NCBI RefSeq assembly: GCF_036321535.1
Contig: NC_087436.1
Coordinates: 111,662,001 to 111,726,000 of the forward strand
DNA from: Camelus dromedarius
Taxonomy: Eukaryota
Reading direction: 5' to 3'
Length of the DNA stretch: 64,000 bases
The notes under the pieces are model-generated. The model made no database searches. It was not told the DNA's origin and saw nothing but the letters and a program-made list of their open reading frames with translations. Shown piece after piece: positions 1-11,209 of this stretch. The position numbers were made by a program, and so were the translations under genes. Every line of letters begins with the position of its first letter. Position 1 is the first letter of the stretch.

Positions 1-796
1 ATAATGACCTTGGTTCTGGGCACTTCCTGGAGATTAATGACTGGCTAGACTTAATGGCCCCCCGACTGCCCCTCCAGTGGGCTACTGACTCCTCCCAACT
101 TGTCATTCATCCCCCGAAAAGTACCCCGGGTCTCACCCTGGCTCGCTAAGGAATGTCAGTATTTGTCAAAGCTAGTGGGGACTGGTTTGCGAATAGTGAT
201 TTGTGGATTCCTGAAAACTTTACGACAATACTGACATCTCTGATAAAGTCAGGTTCCTAAGTAACCTCCGAGGTGAATTGTGTTATACTCTGTGTATACA
301 GAGCTGCTTTCCACCATTTCACACCTCAGTGCAATATGTTTAAGGGAGCTTACAATAAAGTCCTTTGCTGTTCAAGTTTTGTTCTCTTGTCTTCTGCTAT
401 GTGACTTTCTTAAATCTGTGTAGGGACATAAAATGCATCGGAATCACAGAAAGAGCACCTTCTGAAATCAAGGATGGTCGTGGTTGCATCTGAGGAAATA
501 ATTCCAAATGTAGTTCAATTCAAGCATGCTTTAATTTCCTCTACCCCATCTTAGTCAGGCTGCCACTGCTCTGGAAGAACCCACAACTGGCTGCAGTTCT
601 AACTCTGCTTTCCTTGTTTCCCTATTGCCAAAAGAGACCTTAAAAAAAATCACCCTCTTTCCAGTTCCAGAATGTCAACCTGGCAAATCCTTAGCTACTG
701 CTTCCCATCGGTCCACGAGTATGTCACGGCTTCGTAAGCCTGTGTTTTCAGCGTGTCCTTGGACCATTTTGTTTACTGTAACAATAATGTTAGCGC

Positions 797-975
797 TGAA
801 CATTTGAATAGCACTTTAGAATGTACAGAGTGCTTTCAGGACACGTAGTTAATCTTGTTTTACAGAAGAGGAAGCTGGATTCGAGAGATACAGTGACCTG
901 CCCAAGATCAAACATCCTATAAGTAGAGGAGGTGTTTGAGATTTTCTGACTCTACATTCAGACTCTTTCTCAGGT
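797..975 (-). mobile_element. MIR SINE fragment
   Basis: ttttacagaagaggaagctgg...gtgacctgcccaagatca...ctgactc resembles the reverse-complement MIR core. Confidence 0.6.
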
Positions 976-1084
976 CTTTCAATTTCCCATCTTTCAAAGA
1001 GAGCTCATCATCCACTTTTTTTTTTTAATCCTTTAAATCATTTGTTTCTTAACTTCTCCAAGCAAGGGAAAGGAACTTAAACAA

Positions 1085-1262
1085 TAACAGTTTCTATTAT
1101 TCATTGAGTGTTAATTTCAGACATGCATTTCACATACATCATTTCATTTTATCTTCCCAACTCAATAGGGCAGGAACTATCACCGTACTGCAGAGGAGGC
1201 GACTGTAGTTCAAGGAGGTTAAGCATCCTATTGGAGTTCATGCTCCGGCAGGTCTGACTCAA
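1085..1262 (-). mobile_element. MIR SINE fragment
   Basis: catttcattttatcttcccaac...ggttaagcatcc...ggtctgactcaaa follows the MIR minus-strand layout. Confidence 0.55.
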
Positions 1263-1834
1263 ACCCTATGCACGTCTGGCCATGCCACTCCAAGGGGACT
1301 TGTTCTCGGTGGGACTTTTATGGTTTGGCAATTTTTTCCTGTTGCACAATATTGAACATGGATGCTCAGTGAGCCAAGAATGAAATCTTTGACAGTTCCA
1401 GACAAATAATGCTGCTGACCACAGCAAGATGAAAAATATCCCCAGGTGGATGGCAGCCAGAATGGAAATCTCTTTTTTGGTGGTTTGGGGGGTGGACCTT
1501 GGTATTGCCTTGAATATGACAGAAATACTTAATCTGACAAATACCTTCACATTTTTTAATTTTCCCAACTGTGACTCCAAGTGATGTATATAAGGAACAG
1601 GTGGATGGTTGTCGTTTCTCTGGACACAAATCTGTAAATTTGTGATTGCTGTGTTTCAATCTTAGGGCATATTTTGTAGCTTCACAGGGCTATAATGTAC
1701 TGGAGAAATCATTTACTTCATCTCTTACATTTTTGGTAATAAGGTAACTAACATCCAGGAAGACTATTTGAGTTGCTCCAAGTCTGTAAGCAAGTGTTGG
1801 TCCCATTATGTTTTCCTGTGGCAGGTAAGGGGTT

Positions 1835-1945
1835 GGTGCAATGCATTTCTGCTGCATGCCAGGCACTATTGTGAGACTGGGAGCACTGTCAGGAATAAGA
1901 CAGATGCAGGCCCTGCCCTCAGAGAGCTTAGGGTCTAGTGGGCAG
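1835..1945 (-). mobile_element. L2 LINE 3' end fragment
   Basis: tgccaggcactattgtg...ccctgccctcagagagcttagggtctag is the typical antisense L2 tail. Confidence 0.55.
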
Positions 1946-3110
1946 GGATTAGGGTCTTTGTTCTGGTATTGTTCTATAGTCAACTAAACACTTACTCGTG
2001 GAGAGCTATGCCCACGTCTTTTCTACATTCCCCCTCTCCCCAAACCCTCGCCTACTCATGCACCACCACGTTCTTCCAATACAGCATGGGACCATCAGCC
2101 ACACACCCAATTCCTCGCCAGGATTTTCTCCTTGGAACCTCATCAACGGGGGTGGGATAAGAGCCGGACTCTGAAGGTGCCCTTCAAAGAATTCTAGGCT
2201 AAAATCAGGTCTGGGCATACCTGGCACCTTCTTGTTGCTTTCTGTTCCCTTTGAGCTGAATTCTAGTGCTAATCTTCTGCAGAGGGATAAGAAAGGAAAA
2301 GGGGTCACTACCTCCCTTGAAGGCTCTACTTCCCCTGGCTCCCTCCTCTGCCTGTCTCGTCTCTTTTAAGTGAGTTTCATTCCATGGTGGTCCCACTGGG
2401 CCATTCTGTTCCTCAGGTGTCCTGGAGAGAAATGAGAGCTCCCCCTTAAGGTTGAAGGGAGGAAGGCTGGGATGTGGTCAAAAGTCCATCTCGGCAGGGA
2501 TTGAAGAAAATCTCGAGAAATAAGATTGCTCCACCAGGTTTTTTTAGGTTGTTCATTTATATGATGTTATTACATAGCCTCAGGAGAGCACAAAAACAAA
2601 ACCAAACAAAAACAAAATAAAAAAAATAGCACCGTGGAAATCCAGAGTGCGTGGAAGTTTATTTTCTTAGGAAAGCTTTCTTCTCTGGTTCCTTGCTCTG
2701 GAGAGCTTGATTTGCCATCAATATTTTAAATGAAAATAAAGTAGTTCTTAAAAAATGAAGATCACTTAAAACATAGCGCTACTTGAATGTCAAGAAGCCA
2801 TTATGTTTAATAGCGTTTTTTAAACTATTAAAGTTGAGTGGTTACTTTTTATTTTGCATTTAGTCACTCACGGGAGACATTTATTTAGTCTTATATGCTA
2901 CAAATAGTGATGCTGTTAGCAGAGGAGATTCTCATTTTGAATAATGGTTTCATTTATATAATATCTCTTAGTATAATATGTTCATATCTTATAGAGGGAT
3001 GAAAATGCACAAACTGCTAAGAGAGTGAAAATACTGTGAAACTTATGACCTAAAAGCTAAAGGATTTTAAAATCAGGAAATGTGATAATTATTTTGAGTT
3101 GATCGAATGG

Positions 3111-3112
<2 letters not shown>

Positions 3113-3146
<34 letters not shown>
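3113..3146. repeat. (TG)17 microsatellite
   Basis: Perfect TG dinucleotide run read directly. Confidence 0.95.
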
Positions 3147-3150
<4 letters not shown>

Positions 3151-3594
3151 CATACACACTTCTGGGGGCAGAGACAACATCAAAAACAAAGAAAAAGATC
3201 TTCAACTTTTGTTTTCAATGAATCTAGGATGCACTATCACCCAGTCCACTTCCATGGTATATTCCAAAAGAACAAGAACTGAAAAGAAAAATATGGGCTA
3301 TAAATGAGATAATATTTTAACCCTAAACATTATTTTAAGAAGCAATTTTAAATTGCCGTACTGGTTTGTATGGACAGACTGGTAGTCATGTTTAAAAGAA
3401 AGACAGCGATTCTGTACAAAGCTTGCACCTTTTTTCTTTTGTTTTAATTACTCAGTCTCCTTCAGATGCACAGACTTTTCAATAATATGAGATGTAAACC
3501 AGAGAAAACTGAAAATTTTGGGCAAAAATGGCATTATCTTTTGGATCTAAGTTTTTTTTTTTTTTTTTCTGAGGACAAATCAGAAATTTGGGAT

Positions 3595-4328
3595 GCTGGT
3601 GCAGTCATTATGGAAAACAGTATGAAGATTCCTTTAAAAACTAAAAATTGACTTACCATATGATCCAGCAATCCCACTCCTGGGCATATGTCTAGAGGAA
3701 TTTTAATTTGAAAANNNNNNNNNNNNNNNNNNNNNNNNNNNNNNNNNNNNNNNNNNNNNNNNNNNNNNNNNNNNNNNNNNNNNNNNNNNNNNNNNNNNNN
3801 NNNNNNNNNNNNNNNNNNNNNNNNNNNNNNNNNNNNNNNNNNNNNNNNNNNAAAAGAATAAAATAATGCCATTTGCAGCAACATGTATGGACCTGGAGAC
3901 TGTCATTCTAAGTGAAGTAAGCCAGAAAGAGAAAGAAAAATAACATATGATATCACTTATATGTGGAATCTTAAAAAAAAAAAAGACACAAAAAAAGACA
4001 AATGAACTTATTTACAAAACAGAAATAGACTCACAGACATAGAAAACAAACTTATGGTTACCGGGGGCGGGGTGGGGGTGTGGGGAAGAAGGGGTGGAGG
4101 GATAAATTGGGAGTTTGAGATTGGCAGATACTAACTACTATATATAAAATAGATAAACAAGGTCCTACTGTATAGCACAGGGAACTATATTCAATACCTT
4201 GTAATAGCCTACATGAAAAAGAATAAGAAAAGGAATATAAATATATCTAAATCACTATGTACTGTATGCCAGAAATTAACACAATATTGTAAACCGACTA
4301 TACTTCAAAAACAAAAACAAAAAAGAAA
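3595..4328 (+). mobile_element. 5'-truncated L1 (ORF2 3' end plus 3' UTR), relatively young artiodactyl type
   Basis: tatggaaaacagtatg, ccatatgatccagcaatcccactcctgggcata, aataatgccatttgcagcaac, G-rich tract at about 4062-4110, gtatagcacagggaactatattcaata, A-rich tail; interrupted by an N gap. Confidence 0.9.
3715..3851. other. Assembly gap (137 N) inside L1
   Basis: N run. Confidence 0.99.
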
Positions 4329-4707
4329 TGTAGGCTGAATTGAGAACACAGGAGAGGTCATAGGAGCCTGCTGTAAGGAGCTGATTGCTATGTAATTCTT
4401 ATGTAGATGGCATCTAATCCATAAGCATTTGGTTATAAACAAACTGTCATTCTGGGTTCCCCATCCTGCTTCTCATGTGAGTGATAACCTTTATGAAAAC
4501 AGCAACCATGTACTGGGTGCCTATTGTATGTCAGGCATTATGTTCCATATATACTAGTTTTATCAATTAAGATTCTTTGGGGGTGGGACAGAAAATCAAG
4601 TAAGTTGTGATTAGATCCAGGGTCAAACAGTATCACCAGGAGTCAATTTTTCTCTGTTTGTCAGTTCTGCTTCTGTGATGTTTTTAGGGGTTACCATGTA
4701 TTTAGAG

Positions 4708-4944
4708 CAGGGATTTTCAATCTCAGCACTACTGACATTTTGGGACAGAAAATTCTTTGCTGTGAGTGGCCATTCTGTGCATTGTAGGATGTTTAGCACA
4801 CCCCTGGCCTCTACCCACTAGATAAGTCAGCAACTTTGTCCCCTGAGAGTTGTGACAGCCAAAAATTGTTTCATATTCTTCCAAATGTTCTGTGGGTGAT
4901 GGGGTAGGCTACCCCCCTCTTCTCCCCTCCAATGAGAACCACTA
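4708..4944 (-). mobile_element. MER20 (hAT-Charlie MITE)
   Basis: cagggattttcaatctcagcactactgacattttggg...tgcattgtaggatgtttagca...cctggcctctacccactagat...tgagaaccact matches the MER20 reverse complement, with both termini present. Confidence 0.85.
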
Positions 4945-5274
4945 GAATGCATAAAAATAGATCCCAGTTGTTCCTGAAGCCCTCTCTTTCCAGATTCAAG
5001 TCCAGCAGAGAAAACCAAGTGTTTCTGACTCAGCATTCCCAGGGAAAATTATTCTGAGGTCTTATTGGACCTGCTTCAGTAGGTGGCTCACCCTTGAAGC
5101 AATCTCCTAGAGGTCACCCCCGAAGCCAGCTCTGATTGGCAGGGTTGGGTCATGTGCTCCACCCTAGGGAACCTGGATTAGAACTGGGAGGGAAGAGAAT
5201 TCTCCACTGGAAACTAGGGATAGAGCTTGAAGAGGAGGCGTGGAAACTGGATGAGGCACAGAGCAAACATCTCC

Positions 5275-5370
5275 TGCAGAAAAATTATCTCATTTATTTT
5301 CACAACAGCCTTTTGAGGCACAGAGAGAATAAATAAATTGTCCAAGGTCACACAGCTAATAAGTGGTCAG
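5275..5370 (-). mobile_element. MIR SINE fragment
   Basis: gaggcacagagag...tgtccaaggtcacacagctaataagtgg. Confidence 0.65.
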
Positions 5371-6765
5371 ATATACAATCATTTTGTTAGCTGATACAAA
5401 ATAAATGGATAATGAATAACATAAAAAAAATGACTGTCCTTCTGCAATGGTGGAATTGTCAAGAGTTAACAAATTCTTAGTATCCAGGCAGATTAATGCT
5501 CAGTAATTTGTCAATGCTTTGAGGGAATAGGGTGGAGATATCTGCTCTCACCAGTCTAACTTAAAAATTAAAATATGTTTCTCCCCAATTATAGTATCAC
5601 AAGTGGTCAAATGATGTATTTAAAATAATGCTTCTTTAATACTAACACTCATTTCTGGTTCATTATGAGTTAAATAGGATTTTTTGCTAACTTAGGAAAC
5701 CAGCCACAATGATGAAACTGCTTTTATCGGAAAATGCGTTCTGAATGCTAAACCATCAGCTTCCCAGTGAGCTTCTGAAGTGCAGTCCATTTCTGACCTA
5801 GAGGCTGCCTGCATTATGAAACTGATGCTGTACTTTTAGGTTATTCATTTCTTCCAAGAGACCTGAAGTATTTGTTCAAAGTTTCAACCTGCTGGTGGAA
5901 TTTCTAATAATAATGAAATCTACACAAGTTCCTGTGTTACAAACCAGAAAATGACCCAAATCTAAGAATATATGAAACAATGGAAACTTGCACACCGAAC
6001 CAGAGGGATTTACCTGTCACAAGCCATCTATATTCCCATCTTTAATCAAAGGTCTTTGTTAATCATATCTGGACAGGTTGTAAGTCACTGTATCTTAAGA
6101 GATTTCCACTCAATATTGAGCTCACGGTTGATTTACTTACATTAGGTGGAAAGGAAACATGATTGTTTTTACCTGTGAAATGCATTTACTTTATTTGAAA
6201 TCTGCCCAAATCTGTGAAAGCAGAGATCTCTGCTCTCAGCATTTCGATGTGTCTTTGGAAGTGTGGTACTTGCCGCAAAATTTTCTTACCTGCCTCTCAT
6301 GTACCTCTTCAACAATTTAACAAATTCTTTTAAATAGGCTGCCATTTGCACCATTGCTATCTACTTCTCAACTTCTAAGCTGTTCTGTTGCACAACGTGA
6401 TGTTAATTATTGGGGGAATCCCATTACTTAAATTTAGTCGAAGTTTAACTCGCTCAAGGGGCCTCTGGTGAGTTGCTCTCTTTAAGGTACAACTTGAGCA
6501 TATCTATTTTAAACAAGGTTAAGAGTGTTACTGCAGTAATTTTTACTTTTACAAACAAGTAACTTTGGAAACACATTTATATCAAGAGCGTTCAAGAATT
6601 ACAGAGAACAGCTGCACAGAATCTTGAGAGAAATCGCTTTTGCTTTGCTTTCTGTAATTTTTGCACTCTTTAAGGGCTGCATTGAAGGAATTTGAAATCA
6701 AGATGATTGACATTACTAAGCTTTTTTTTATGCTGCACACATGGTCTATTTTAAAAAGAGTACTC

Positions 6766-6913
6766 NNNNNNNNNNNNNNNNNNNNNNNNNNNNNNNNNNN
6801 NNNNNNNNNNNNNNNNNNNNNNNNNNNNNNNNNNNNNNNNNNNNNNNNNNNNNNNNNNNNNNNNNNNNNNNNNNNNNNNNNNNNNNNNNNNNNNNNNNNN
6901 NNNNNNNNNNNNN
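6766..6913. other. Assembly gap (148 N)
   Basis: N run. Confidence 0.99.
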
Positions 6914-7268
6914 CACACAGGCATACATTGTGCAACTCTACATACTATTTAGTAAAGTGTATTACAAGTGCACTTTTCAAAGCCAAGATAACAGTGTTCT
7001 CAATAATGAGAAAAGATGACAAAATGTATAGCCAAGGGACCATCAGGCTTCTGCTCCTTGGCCATCAAGCAGATGGTGTTTTAAGTCAGCCAGCTCCATC
7101 TAAGTCCTCTCTAAGGTGAGAGTTGCTGGGGTGAAATGTTATATTCCTTCCAACTTCCTGCATCATCATCTGGTAAATATCTGGTAAATGACAAGGGGGA
7201 AGCAAAGTTCTTAGTAAGGCTACTTCCCAAGTCTTCCATGATCAGTAGCTTTACTCTTTCAAAAAAAG

Positions 7269-7330
7269 ATATGTATATGTATGCATATATATATGCATAT
7301 GTATATATATGCATATATGTGTATAGATAC
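7269..7330. repeat. (TA)-rich / ATGCAT simple repeat
   Basis: atatgtatatgtatgcatatatatatgcatatgtatatatatgcatatatgtg; includes the 20-bp palindrome at 7280-7299. Confidence 0.9.
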
Positions 7331-9361
7331 ATTATATAAATTATTAATTATGTTTTATTATGTATATGTTACAAAGCTGAGCTTGCTTCAAGACTTTCTA
7401 AAGAAAGCACAATCAAGCTTTCTCATGATTTGCTCCATTTATCAATGCATGTCTTATTTTGGTGGTAAATCGATGTCACTTGCACTACAGAAAATACATT
7501 TGAGTTTATTAAAAACATTGTGAAATAATAGCTACTTGGCTTAACATAACTTATTGAATATCTGGCAGTTGTTTAAAATAAAAAAGTTGATGCATTGATC
7601 CATCGAATGATTACAGAATGACTGCAAACCAAAATAGGAAGAAGAGAAAACAGAATATAGAATAGCAAAAGAAATATTGGAAATAAGCTACTCATTTTCA
7701 GCTTTCTTTCTACATTCGACCATATCTCATTGTGTCTGTTGTCACCAGATGTTATCAACCTTAAAGACATGGCTTAGTTTTTTTTGTTTTTTTGTTTTTT
7801 TTTTCTTCTGAGAAATGCAGAGGGAGTTAAGAACAGGCTAGTCCAGACTTTAAACATTCTGATCAGGCTTCCTCCAGGGTCTTGCTGCTAAAAGAATGTC
7901 TTATGGGTAAATTTCCACTCTCTCAGCGGGGAGTGTTTTGCATGAACTGACTCCCAGGAGAAAATGTTATTCCATAGAACAAAGCCCAGGCAGTGACTCA
8001 TATTAAACTGACCAAGATGGGGGAGGGGAAGTATTGACCTGGAGGGCAGGGAAGGGTAGGGACACGATTTACTTTCTAAAAACTGACTATGGCTCTCTGG
8101 GAAATGAAAAACCTCTGGAATCTCTGTGTTTCCCTGTGATGCTTTTATATAAAAAGTATTTGCAACGTGTCACAAGGATTTTCTAGGATGAAATGAAGAT
8201 TTTCAGTCAAGGGAAGAAAAACCCTGTGTCTTGTAGAAAAAGTAACAATGACACTGTCTTTCTCACCTACAGCTGTTAGTTATAATATCAACTATAATTG
8301 ATAGACTGGACACAGCTAATTAAATCGTGCTATTTATTGCTTACCACCAGAAACAAGACTTAAAAAGATACTGATTTTTAAAAGGGAGCCATTTCTTGCC
8401 TGGATTTGCATGTTTTCAATATGACACAACCTAAAAATGGATTCTTCTCACATTTGCTCAAACAACTTCAATCTCAAACACCTTTCTTTTCCATCCAGGT
8501 TGGAGATGCACAGAACATCACTGCCCTGATGTTTCCTATTGTTGTGAGGCTGCTTCTTGATGAAATGATACAGTTCTGCAGTTCCATCCTTTTAATTATC
8601 TTTTTTATTATTACAACATGCACCAGGGTCCTAAACTTCCGAGGATTTATTGATAAGGGCGTCTTCCACTTGTACTGTCTCATTTTCTTGCTGTTTTTGT
8701 AATGGTTTCTAACTAATAAAATGTTATCTTATTCATTTTGTTTATGTGTAATAAATCAGAAGCCTTTCCCTTCTTCTGCTATGCAGATATGGGTGTGCGT
8801 GAGTAGGGGAGATTGTCTCCATGTGTTAAACCAATGACGTCTTTTGCATACAAATAGAAATTAGTACAAGAGCACTTCATTAAGGAAAGTATCGCTGTTT
8901 TTGCATGACCTAGGGAAAATTAATATTCTAAATACAAAATCATGTGACTGAGGGTTTTTTCCCTTTTCCAGCAACCGAAGCTGTGAAAAGATGTCTGGAA
9001 TAAAGCCTAGATTTCTACTCTGTTTCTATGAGCCATATTATTTCCTTGATGAAGGAAATAGATATGATGGGAAAAAAATAGTGTATGCAGTTTTTAGGCA
9101 GCTTTAAACCCTGGCTGTTAGATTCCTTCAGCCGGTATTTATTAAGTCCTTGGAATGTATCAGACACTGTGATAGGTGCCAAGGTGAACAAGAGACATGG
9201 TCCCTGCCCCCACAAAGCTTATATTTTTATGGGGCAATAGACCCCAAATGAATGATTACATCAATGAATATGTAATTTCAATCTTGACAAGGGTTGGGAA
9301 GGAAAAGCTTGCAAGTTGAGAGAGTACATCACATTAGGATTCATTAACTCGTTATTTTCTT

Positions 9362-9415
9362 TATTTTTTAAAATTTGTAAAAATTTTAATTGAAGGGTAA
9401 TTGATTTACAGTCTT
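9362..9415 (-). mobile_element. Ultra-short L1 3' tail
   Basis: ttttaattgaagggtaattgatttaca is the reverse complement of the L1 terminus; flanked by attttctt at 9354-9361 and 9417-9424. Confidence 0.6.
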
Positions 9416-9427
9416 AATTTTCTTCAG

Positions 9428-9590
9428 AATCACGCCGCCTACTTTCCAGGCACTGAGTCTGGCTGCCGTCCCCTCCACGAGCTGCGTGGCCGGGATAAAA
9501 GACTACCCGTGCGCACAGCTCCACGGCGCCCCGTGATGGAGAGACTGGGGAACTGCAGCTCCGGCATCACGCCGGCGGGCGGAGTGTGGT
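9428..9590. promoter_or_regulatory. Small CpG-dense, promoter-like island
   Basis: 16 CpG counted in 9433-9581; GC box ggcgggcggag (9575-9585), gtgcgcac, and a ZNF143/THAP11-like aactgcagctccggcat. Confidence 0.5.
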
Positions 9591-9874
9591 GGTGGTGCTG
9601 AGAAAAGGGATCTTATCAGAGCGGCCCTTGTTACTAAGTGTTGATAAGCTTTTCAGGCACAGGATGGGACAGGTAAGGGTAAAGTGATGGATAAACAGAG
9701 CCAGGCTCTTAGAGAAGCGTGACTAGTCTAGGAGGCGGGGAACTGGTCCAGACAGTGGCTGAAGGTGCTCCTGGAAATGCAGGTTGAAGGTGAATGGTGA
9801 CAGAAGTTGTATGCTTTGCAAATGCATCTGGACTTTATTCTGAGAGTGGTTGTAGAATTTTAAAGGGGAGGGAT

Positions 9875-10350
9875 TACAGTGGACACAGTCAGTTGCCTAC
9901 AGAGCATCCACGCTGCCCATTACTCCTTCCTGAGACTACACCTGTTCACTTCCATGCACCTACTCACCTCCCGATAGCCCACATGCTCCAGGGGAATTTG
10001 AACCTACCTCCAGATGCAGGGATTTACCCTATTAAAGATAACCCACCCTCTTTTACTTCCCTGGACCTGGTTGGACTGGCAACTTTGGCCAAAGCCAATC
10101 AAGTCACATCTTCACTTTGGTACAAGGTTCAGTTTAGGAATAGGCATCTGACCAATATCTGCTAATTAGACACAAAAAAAAGGTGGGGGACTGTGGAGGG
10201 AATTCTGGGAAAGATGGTTCTCTCTTAAGACAGCCATTGAAAGGGATGCCCTCTCTTTCCATGGACGTTGTGGAGAAGTCATGAAGCCCGGATTGCTGCA
10301 GTCAGGATGCTCTCTGGAGCAAAGTCAACCTCAAGATGAAACCCTCACCC
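9875..10350 (+). mobile_element. MaLR solo-LTR remnant (MLT1J-like 5' part)
   Basis: gtggacacagtcagttgcctac...ggccaaagccaatc...tttaggaataggcatctgaccaa...ttctgggaaag. Confidence 0.55.
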
Positions 10351-10444
10351 CCAAGTAAAGTGCAAGCTGTGTGGGTTTGCATTCTGACTGTGCTGCCTTA
10401 CTCGCCTGTGGTTCTTGGCAAAGCACGTCTCTATGCCAGAGTGT

Positions 10445-10650
10445 TCACAATGGAGATAATGAGAGTGATTTTCTCTTGAGGGCTTGACACAGTGCTTGGC
10501 TCATGGTAAGTGCTTAATGAATATGAGTTATTTTTATCCATTTATTAAATATTTACTGAAAGCCCACTATGGGCCAAGCACTGTGAGGCACTGAGGATAT
10601 AAGATGAGCAAGAAAAATACCATCCTTGCCCTCAAGGAATTTGCAGGGTG
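10445..10650. mobile_element. MIR tail (+) abutting L2 tail (-)
   Basis: cacagtgcttggctcatggtaagtgcttaatgaata followed by catttattaaatatttactga...ccttgccctcaagga. Confidence 0.6.
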
Positions 10651-10877
10651 TGCCTTCTCTTGTATTTGTCTCTTGCAAGTATTTCATTATCCTTCATATT
10701 GTAGGTAGAAATTGACGTGGCTTTGCTACATCAGATGTGCCCCATGGTGCCTATGGTAGTGGCTTATATGTGGTAAGAACTTACTGAATGAATGTTTACT
10801 GAAAGGGAGCATCAAAACAAACATTCATCACCTACCTGGTAAGGGGTCCCGGCCACAGTGCAACGTTCACGGAGAGA

Positions 10878-11120
10878 CGGTGGGGCATAGTAGTTAGGGG
10901 CACTTGTGCTGGTTTCAGGAACGCCTTCCTTTGACTCCTGGCTCTGGTGTTGACTAGCTATGCCACCCTGGGCACTTTTTCCTTGCCCCTAAATTAGGGA
11001 CAAGAACGTCTGTCTTATTAGGGGTGTTGTAAGGGGTTGAACAAGATGAAGGGGATTCTATATAGTACCCAGTACTTGGCCTGGGAGAAAGTAGCTGCTC
11101 AGTAAATGACAGTTAGTTGT
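10878..11120 (+). mobile_element. MIR SINE, near full length
   Basis: ggcatagtagttag...tgactagctatgccaccctgggca...ggtgttgtaagg...gctcagtaaatgacagtta. Confidence 0.6.
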
Positions 11121-11209
11121 TACTGGGGTATTTCACCGACATGAAATTCACTTTGTGTTCATTTGGGGGCATTTCATTTTAACAGATGTCATGGGCTTTA
11201 GTCATTTTG

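Larger units (their letters stand above)
9130..9870 (-). mobile_element. Fragmented L2, interrupted at about 9350-9600
   Basis: tatttattaagtcc...gacactgtgatagg...catggtccctgcccccacaaagctta, then degenerate L2-like sequence resuming after 9600. Confidence 0.5.

Noticed and set aside
153-260. 35-aa smORF MSVFVKASGDWFANSDLW...
   Set aside because: No promoter, splice or homology support; ORFs of this length are common by chance.
4062-4110. G-quadruplex-forming tract
   Set aside because: An ordinary feature of L1 3' UTRs, not locus-specific.
6219-6234. 16-bp palindrome AGCAGAGATCTCTGCT
   Set aside because: About one palindrome with 8-bp arms is expected by chance in 64 kb.
6661-7119. ORFs spanning N gaps (also around 3534-3906 and 56692-57152)
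   Set aside because: Open only because N codons cannot be stops.
9532-9601. C/D-box snoRNA (GTGATGG...CTGA)
   Set aside because: The C box is imperfect, there is no terminal stem or internal C'/D' boxes, and the GC-rich context fits a promoter better.
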